Shown: piece by piece, positions 58,751 to 64,000 of the stretch | Layout: every line of letters begins with the position of its first letter | Position numbering within the stretch: position 1 is the stretch's first letter | Assembly: GCA_964634935.1 (NCBI GenBank) | Contig: CAZWJT010000001.1 | Span: 224,949-288,948, forward strand | Reading direction: 5' to 3' | Length of the DNA: 64,000 nt | From: an uncultured Planctomycetia bacterium | Lineage (GTDB): Bacteria > Omnitrophota > Gorgyraeia > Duberdicusellales > Duberdicusellaceae | Program-made: the position numbers and the translations under genes | The notes under the pieces: model-generated | What the model was told of the DNA's origin: nothing | The model's database searches: none | What the model saw: only the letters and a program-made list of their open reading frames with translations

Positions 58751-59539
58751 TTATACCACCTGTTCTTGAAGCGTTTCGTAAACCGACAAAATTTTCTCCA
58801 AAGCATCTGTTGCCTTAAGACTAACTTTCATTTGCACCAACTTTGAAAGCTCGGTTTCTTGGGGATTAATTTCTACTGTCATCCTGTCCCGCCGCAACGC
58901 GTCGAGTATCGGTTCCTGGATATAGGGAAAAACCCCACTTGTTCCTATAGAAAAATATATATCGAATCCGCGGCGAAGCTCGTTTGCAAGAAGTACGCAT
59001 TTCTCTTCGGGAAGCAGCTCTCCAAACAAAACAATATCTGGACGGGTGACGCCCCCGCATCGCACACAGAGTGGCGGCACGGAAAGCCCCCGGTAGTTGG
59101 GAACGGTTATACGCCAGCCACAACCCTTACATAGAATTGTATGCAGATCTCCGTGAATATCAATAACATTTTTTGACCCCGCCTTTTGATGAAATCCATC
59201 AATATTTTGGGTAAGAACCCAGACGCGCTCAAAGCATTCTTCTAGAAACGCGATAATTTGATGCGCTCGATTATGCTCTGCGAAACGACAAGCCTCTTCA
59301 ATCTGATTAATATATTTCCAGGTGAGTCTCGGATTCAGCTCAAAAGTTTTGCCGGAAAGAGCGGTTTCGATAGAAACCCCTTCTTCAACAGCCGCTGAAT
59401 CGTATAAGCCGCCTAAACCGCGATACGTGGGCAACCCCGATTCCGCAGAAACGCCTGCTCCGGTAATAAACAAAATGCTTCTTGCTTTCACAAGAAACCG
59501 AGCAATCGCTTTTATTTTTTCTCTTTCGGAATCTTCCAT
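58751..59539 (-). CDS. cobB: NAD-dependent protein deacylase, Sir2 family (CobB-type)
   Basis: GAGVSAESG, TQNIDG.H and zinc ribbon CKGCG...CVRCGG. Confidence 0.9.
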   Translation of the reverse strand: MEDSEREKIKAIARFLVKARSILFITGAGVSAESGLPTYRGLGGLYDSAAVEEGVSIETALSGKTFELNPRLTWKYINQIEEACRFAEHNRAHQIIAFLEECFERVWVLTQNIDGFHQKAGSKNVIDIHGDLHTILCKGCGWRITVPNYRGLSVPPLCVRCGGVTRPDIVLFGELLPEEKCVLLANELRRGFDIYFSIGTSGVFPYIQEPILDALRRDRMTVEINPQETELSKLVQMKVSLKATDALEKILSVYETLQEQVV

Positions 59540-60571
59540 TTATCGTGTGCTTTGATCAGAAAACGCTTCATGAACCAGGCGTTTTAGTTCAAGATATTGA
59601 TTGTCTTTTTTTACCTTCACTGCAGGAAGATCGATCTCTCCAAAAGCAGAATCATCGAAAATAAAATCCTCTATGCGTCGTATATGCCTCAATTCTATTC
59701 TGCGCAAATTTCCTCTTATTCGCTCAAGAGCAAGCCGAAGCGTAAGAAAACGCAGCGCACCATCGAGCTTTCTCAACGCAGCAATATCAAGTATGAGCCG
59801 ATCGTGATGCTCGCGAATCACCGCGGTATTGAAATTCCGCTCAGCGCAACCAACAAGAAACTCATAGTCTCGTCCTACGGTATAAGCAAGATTGGCGATA
59901 TTTTCCTTAATGTTGGGGTTGAGCTCAAGAAGCTGCGGCAACATCTTAAGACGAATTTTATTACGCAAAAAATTCTCATCAAAATTACTCAAGTCAGTCA
60001 TATAGGCTATCTTGTAAGCGCCAAGCCACTCGAGTATTTCTTTCTTCTCGATACCAAGCAAGGGGCGAAAAACAGTGATCGTGCGGAATTTATTCTTTGG
60101 AAGTATCCCTCGTAAACCCAAAAGCCCAGTCCCTCTTATGATTCGAAGAAGCACTGTTTCCACAAGATCGTCGCGATGATGAGCAAGTACGATTTTCTTC
60201 GCCTTATGGCGGCGGCAAACAGTAAACAGAAAGTCAAAACGCAGTTTCCGGGCTGCCTGTTCAAGAGAATCACCCCGATAACATTCCTGGACCTGCTTCT
60301 TATGGCTGGTAAAACATACGTCTTCCCGCGCGCAGATATCTTTGACAAATTTTTCTTCTGCATCCGCTTCCGGACGCAAAGCATGATTAAAATGAGCGGC
60401 TACAATGGTCAGTTTCTGTATTCGCCGATACGCGAGCAAAAGATGCAGTAAGCACAGCGAATCGGGACCTCCAGAAACACCAATAACTAATTTTTCCCCT
60501 GACTTCAAACCCATCTGGTGTTTAAAAAATTCAAACGCCTTTGACTCAAGGTGACCAGCAATATCCTTCAT
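59540..60571 (-). CDS. tilS: tRNA(Ile)-lysidine synthetase
   Basis: PP-loop GVSGGPDS, then the TilS substrate-binding domain; 343 aa. Confidence 0.85.
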   Translation of the reverse strand: MKDIAGHLESKAFEFFKHQMGLKSGEKLVIGVSGGPDSLCLLHLLLAYRRIQKLTIVAAHFNHALRPEADAEEKFVKDICAREDVCFTSHKKQVQECYRGDSLEQAARKLRFDFLFTVCRRHKAKKIVLAHHRDDLVETVLLRIIRGTGLLGLRGILPKNKFRTITVFRPLLGIEKKEILEWLGAYKIAYMTDLSNFDENFLRNKIRLKMLPQLLELNPNIKENIANLAYTVGRDYEFLVGCAERNFNTAVIREHHDRLILDIAALRKLDGALRFLTLRLALERIRGNLRRIELRHIRRIEDFIFDDSAFGEIDLPAVKVKKDNQYLELKRLVHEAFSDQSTR

Positions 60572-60589
60572 GCTCCACTTCCCTCTTCT

Positions 60590-61612
60590 TTATTCTTGAG
60601 GTAAAAGCACTCGTGACGGATTCCTCGGATACCATTCGACATGTAAGGCTTTCTCATATTCATTGGGAGAAGCGATGAAAGCGACTTCGAGATCAGTCAG
60701 GTTACGTTCCTGAATGAACTTTTCTGATTTTTCTTTACCAAGAATAAAAAAAACAGTTGAAAAAACATCAGCCGCAACACTATCAGGCGCAATTACGGTC
60801 ACGCTCAAAAGCCCTCCTTGAGCAGGATACCCGGTTTTCGGATTAATGATATGAGAATAAATCGTTCCGTCCTGAAGAACAAATTGTTCTGCGCTTCCTG
60901 ATGTGGCTATTGCTTGATCTCGAGCAAAGATCACTTCTTGAGCGCCGTCACCCAGTGGATTTTTTATGCCGACAACCCAAGCGCGAGCATTATCCTTGAA
61001 ACCAGAAGCATAAACCTGCCCTCCGGCACTAACAAGAAAGGAGGAAAGTCCCCGCCGGCGCAGTTCCTGAACAAGCTTCCCAACAACAAATCCTTTGGCA
61101 ATTCCCCCGAAATCAAGAACGATTTCTTTGTTTTTTATGAATATCTCTTTGGTCTTCTCCTCAATCACAACTTGCTCCATGCCGCAAAATGAAGAAAAAT
61201 ATTCAATCGTTGTCCGGGCCGGAGGATCTTTTCTGTCCTTTTGTTTTATCCAATCTTTCCAGAGTAAAAACACTCTTCCTGCTGAAGGATCAAAAATACC
61301 ATCACTGATCTCGTAATATTTTTTCGCTAACTGTAAAATCTCGAGCATTTCTGCGCTCACTTCAACCGCGGCCTTCCCCGCGGCAGCATTCAGAAGCGAC
61401 AATTCTGAACGAGGATCATACAGATTAAGCATTTGATCATAACGCGACAAAAACTTACTGATGAATTGCAGGTCATTTCCCGAAGGAACTTTTACTTCAA
61501 CAAAAGTTCCAAGCGCCAAGAAAGTCTTCTGAACATATAACGTTTTAGAAGAACAGCTCACCAAGAAAAATGAAAAAAGAACGATGAATATGACTATCTT
61601 CTGACGAGCCAT
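60590..61612 (-). CDS. apbE: FAD:protein FMN transferase ApbE (lipoprotein)
   Basis: Signal/lipobox LVSCSS. ApbE motif LDFGGIAKGF. Confidence 0.85.
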   Translation of the reverse strand: MARQKIVIFIVLFSFFLVSCSSKTLYVQKTFLALGTFVEVKVPSGNDLQFISKFLSRYDQMLNLYDPRSELSLLNAAAGKAAVEVSAEMLEILQLAKKYYEISDGIFDPSAGRVFLLWKDWIKQKDRKDPPARTTIEYFSSFCGMEQVVIEEKTKEIFIKNKEIVLDFGGIAKGFVVGKLVQELRRRGLSSFLVSAGGQVYASGFKDNARAWVVGIKNPLGDGAQEVIFARDQAIATSGSAEQFVLQDGTIYSHIINPKTGYPAQGGLLSVTVIAPDSVAADVFSTVFFILGKEKSEKFIQERNLTDLEVAFIASPNEYEKALHVEWYPRNPSRVLLPQE

Positions 61613-63312
61613 TTGCGTAACTCTTCGATTGTCATTGTATTAAGAACATCCGCCTTCTCAAGCCATGCCCTCTGCGCGGTCCATACGCCAAGTTCCATAT
61701 ATGACAGGTGGTTTATTTTATGTGAATCCGTACCAAGCGATATTTTCACCCCAGCCTCTTTGGCCTTCCTTGCCTGAAGATCATCTAAATCAATTCTCTG
61801 CGGATAGCAATCGATCTCAAGAGCAACTCCGTAGTCTCGCGCGACCTGAATGACTTCTTTCATATCAACTTCATAAGCGTCTCGCACCCCGGAAAGAATT
61901 CCTGTCGGGTGAGCTAAAATGTGCACAAAACCGCTCTGAAGCGCCCGGCAAATCCTCCGGGTCATCGATTTCCGAGGGGACTTAAACCCGCTGTGAATGG
62001 CCGCAATCACTAAATCCAGCCGGCGTAGAATATCCTCCGGATAATCCAGGGTACCGTCGGCCAGGATATCCACCTCACTCGCGCAGAGAAGCCGCAATCC
62101 TTTCGTACATTTATTCATTCTTTCAATCTCTTTTATTTTTCCAGCCAATGCATCTTCCGAAAGACCCTGAGCAATTTTCAAAGAACGGGAATGGTCAGCA
62201 ACCGCAAGATACTCATATCCCCGCGCCAAAGCGCCAGAAGCAAGTTCTTCTAAAGAATTCAGACCATCACTGTACCGAGAATGCACGTGAAAATCCCCGC
62301 GGATATCGGAATATTGGACCAAAGAAGGTAAGCAATGATTTTTGGCCGCCTCAATCTCGCCACGATGTTCTCTGAGTACTGCCGGAATATAATCCAAAGC
62401 AAGAGAAGAGAAAATTTCCTCCTCGTTTACACCCGCAATCTTTTTCCCGTCTTCTTTCTCACGGTATACTCCATATTCGTTAATTTTTAATTTCTTTTTC
62501 AACGCAAGTGCCCGTAAAGCAATATTGAAATCCTTTGACCCCGTTAAGTACAGAAGGGCTGCGCCAAAAGAAACATCTTCAACTATGCGAAGATCAACCT
62601 GTATACCTTCACGAAGCAAGACCGAAGATTTGGTCTTTCCAGCAAGAAGCACTTTCTGGACTCGCGGAAGCCGCACAAAAATATCCATCAGGGAAGGCTG
62701 GGCAACCGCAACAATATCAATATCCTTTACCGCGTCTTTCCTCCGACGCAGAGATCCGGCTATTTCAATTTTCTCTATGTTCCCCTGGGTTTTCAATTCG
62801 GCAACAAGCTCTTGAGCGATTCTCAAAGCATAATGCAGCCGCATCTTTTCTTTTGCTCTCCGCAAAAGACCGATTCCTTCAATGATATTCTTTTCTGTCT
62901 TTTCTTTTATCCCTTCCACAGAACGCAGTAATCCACTCAGCGCAGCCTGCTCTAAGGCATCAACATCTTCAATATGGAGCTTTTGATAAATAGCATAAGC
63001 GATCTTCGGCCCTATCCCGGGAATATTCAGCATGGCGACAACCCCGGTGGGTATTTTTTTCTTCAGCGCAGTATATTCGGCAAAAAGCCCAGTTGAAATA
63101 ATTTCTTCGATCTTTCGGGCAAGATCCCGACCGATACCCGAAATCTCCTCAAGCTGGCGCCTTTTGGCTATTTCAGTAATATCATCATGCAAACTTTCAA
63201 TTGTTTGCCCCGCACGCCGATAAGCCCGGATACGAAACGGATTCGCTTCGGTAAGCTCAAGCAATTGAGCCATCTCCTCAAAAAGCTGTGCTACCAGTTT
63301 ATTGCTTTCCAT
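61594..63312 (-). CDS. polX: DNA polymerase X family protein with C-terminal PHP domain
   Basis: HhH motifs (GIGRDLARKIEE, IPGIGPKIA). PolX palm GSLRRRKDAVKDIDIV. PHP HVHSRYSDG. 572 aa. Confidence 0.9.
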   Translation of the reverse strand: MESNKLVAQLFEEMAQLLELTEANPFRIRAYRRAGQTIESLHDDITEIAKRRQLEEISGIGRDLARKIEEIISTGLFAEYTALKKKIPTGVVAMLNIPGIGPKIAYAIYQKLHIEDVDALEQAALSGLLRSVEGIKEKTEKNIIEGIGLLRRAKEKMRLHYALRIAQELVAELKTQGNIEKIEIAGSLRRRKDAVKDIDIVAVAQPSLMDIFVRLPRVQKVLLAGKTKSSVLLREGIQVDLRIVEDVSFGAALLYLTGSKDFNIALRALALKKKLKINEYGVYREKEDGKKIAGVNEEEIFSSLALDYIPAVLREHRGEIEAAKNHCLPSLVQYSDIRGDFHVHSRYSDGLNSLEELASGALARGYEYLAVADHSRSLKIAQGLSEDALAGKIKEIERMNKCTKGLRLLCASEVDILADGTLDYPEDILRRLDLVIAAIHSGFKSPRKSMTRRICRALQSGFVHILAHPTGILSGVRDAYEVDMKEVIQVARDYGVALEIDCYPQRIDLDDLQARKAKEAGVKISLGTDSHKINHLSYMELGVWTAQRAWLEKADVLNTMTIEELRKWLVRR

Positions 63313-63369
63313 GGCGCCTTAAATATTTTCCGTACACAATATCCGGGGATCTTGGCTGGAAATAAAAGA

Positions 63370-63789
63370 TTAAGGATACAAAACAGTTACTCTATTGGTA
63401 ATGCCCCCTCGGGAAGTAAATTCTCCAACAATCTCAGCCTTTTTTGGTTTGACAACCTGAACAAAATCTTCCATGATTTTGTTTACAATATGCTCATTAA
63501 ATGCCTTTACCTGGCGAAACGCATACAGATAATATTTCAACGATTTCAGTTCAATACACCGAGCCCGCGGCGCATAACGCAGGGTGAGCTTGGCAAAATC
63601 CGGAAGTCCGGAAAAAGGACAAATCGAGGTAAATTCTTCAGTGACGTGCTCGATGAGAACATTCCGGCGGGGGTACTCGTAGGGAAATGTCTGCAGAATG
63701 GCACAGGGAACATCATCCAGCACAAATGTCTTTCCGATCAGCTTTTGCGCTTGAGCTTCAAGAAATGAGGTCAGCCTGTCGTTATACAT
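63370..63789 (-). CDS. queF: NADPH-dependent 7-cyano-7-deazaguanine reductase
   Basis: QueF motif ELKSLKYY and catalytic Cys in EFTSICPFSGLPD; 139 aa. Confidence 0.9.
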   Translation of the reverse strand: MYNDRLTSFLEAQAQKLIGKTFVLDDVPCAILQTFPYEYPRRNVLIEHVTEEFTSICPFSGLPDFAKLTLRYAPRARCIELKSLKYYLYAFRQVKAFNEHIVNKIMEDFVQVVKPKKAEIVGEFTSRGGITNRVTVLYP

Positions 63790-64000
63790 TATCCGACCTG
63801 CCGTGTGTAATTTTCTTCCAGTGTTTTCACTAATTCGTACAGAAGGTAATTGATCGGCGTAGGAATGTTCAAATTTTGACCAAGACGGAAAATCGCCCCA
63901 TTGATAAAATCAATCTCCGTTCGCCGTTTGGCAAAAACATCTTGGAGCATCGAAGAAATATTATCACCTGTTGACCGACAAACTGCCTCAACTTTTTCAC
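63789..64000 (-). CDS. panE: 2-dehydropantoate 2-reductase (PanE/ApbA), C-terminal fragment; 5' end lies beyond the window
   Basis: Hand translation of the reverse complement ends ...SSMLQDVFAKRRTEIDFINGAIFRLGQNLNIPTPINYLLYELVKTLEENYTRQVG-stop (TAA 63791-63789). This matches the PanE C-terminal domain pattern TSMLQD...TEID.ING. Confidence 0.7.
   Translation of the reverse strand, partial: EKVEAVCRSTGDNISSMLQDVFAKRRTEIDFINGAIFRLGQNLNIPTPINYLLYELVKTLEENYTRQVG

Noticed and set aside
58751-59539. Sir2 protein as a defence-associated Sir2 (Thoeris or DSR-like)
   Set aside because: It has the full CobB-type catalytic core with zinc ribbon and housekeeping neighbours (tilS, apbE). There are no TIR/SLOG/HerA partners.

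Overview
Bacterial chromosomal segment, moderate GC (by eye about 42-45%), densely coded, with almost every gene on the minus strand. Only cinA-C and thpR (10.9-11.9 kb) are on the plus strand. Call basis: all calls come from reading the translated ORFs for family-defining motifs, gene overlaps and hand folding of one tRNA; nothing was searched against a database. Start codons: the ORF track accepts non-ATG starts (a TTG is rendered as M at 35828), so several N-termini were trimmed to internal ATGs where an upstream gene overlap or a conserved N-terminus supports it. Recognisable housekeeping blocks: (1) rpsO-pnp-ftsK-rodZ-rimO-pgsA-pgpA; (2) riboflavin genes ribBA-ribH-nusB-PHP-ribD, with ribE sitting apart next to cobA; (3) yggS, tilS, cobB(Sir2), apbE, polX, queF, panE (partial), suhB, ybgC, mazG; (4) one tRNA-Ser(CGA). 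Envelope and glycan content is heavy. There is an EPS-like block (tail-anchored coiled-coil protein, two GT-C-like polytopic proteins, a Wza-like exporter). There is a glycolipid trio (MGDG-synthase-like GT28, LpxL-like acyltransferase, Dpm1-like GT2). A large co-directional glycan cluster at 36.9-48.4 kb holds GT4 genes, a tandem GT4 fusion, a radical SAM/SPASM enzyme, a methyltransferase, a CE4 deacetylase and three paralogous secreted proteins. That cluster ends in a translationally coupled module: HEAT-repeat lipoprotein, MotA, MotB, TM zinc-ribbon protein, followed by GAF-HD-GYP. No flagellar, chemotaxis or full T2SS genes lie within the 64 kb, only an orphan exeA-gspB pair. The most interesting candidate is this MotAB-centred module at the window centre. 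Other points worth a second look are an orphan AmmeMemoRadiSam-type radical SAM with a signal/TM-like N-terminus, a MerR-like mini-regulator with two tiny hydrophobic peptides and a dyad-containing AT-rich leader, and a 39-bp perfect in-frame direct repeat inside the coiled-coil gene. No CRISPR, IS or phage-like element was seen.
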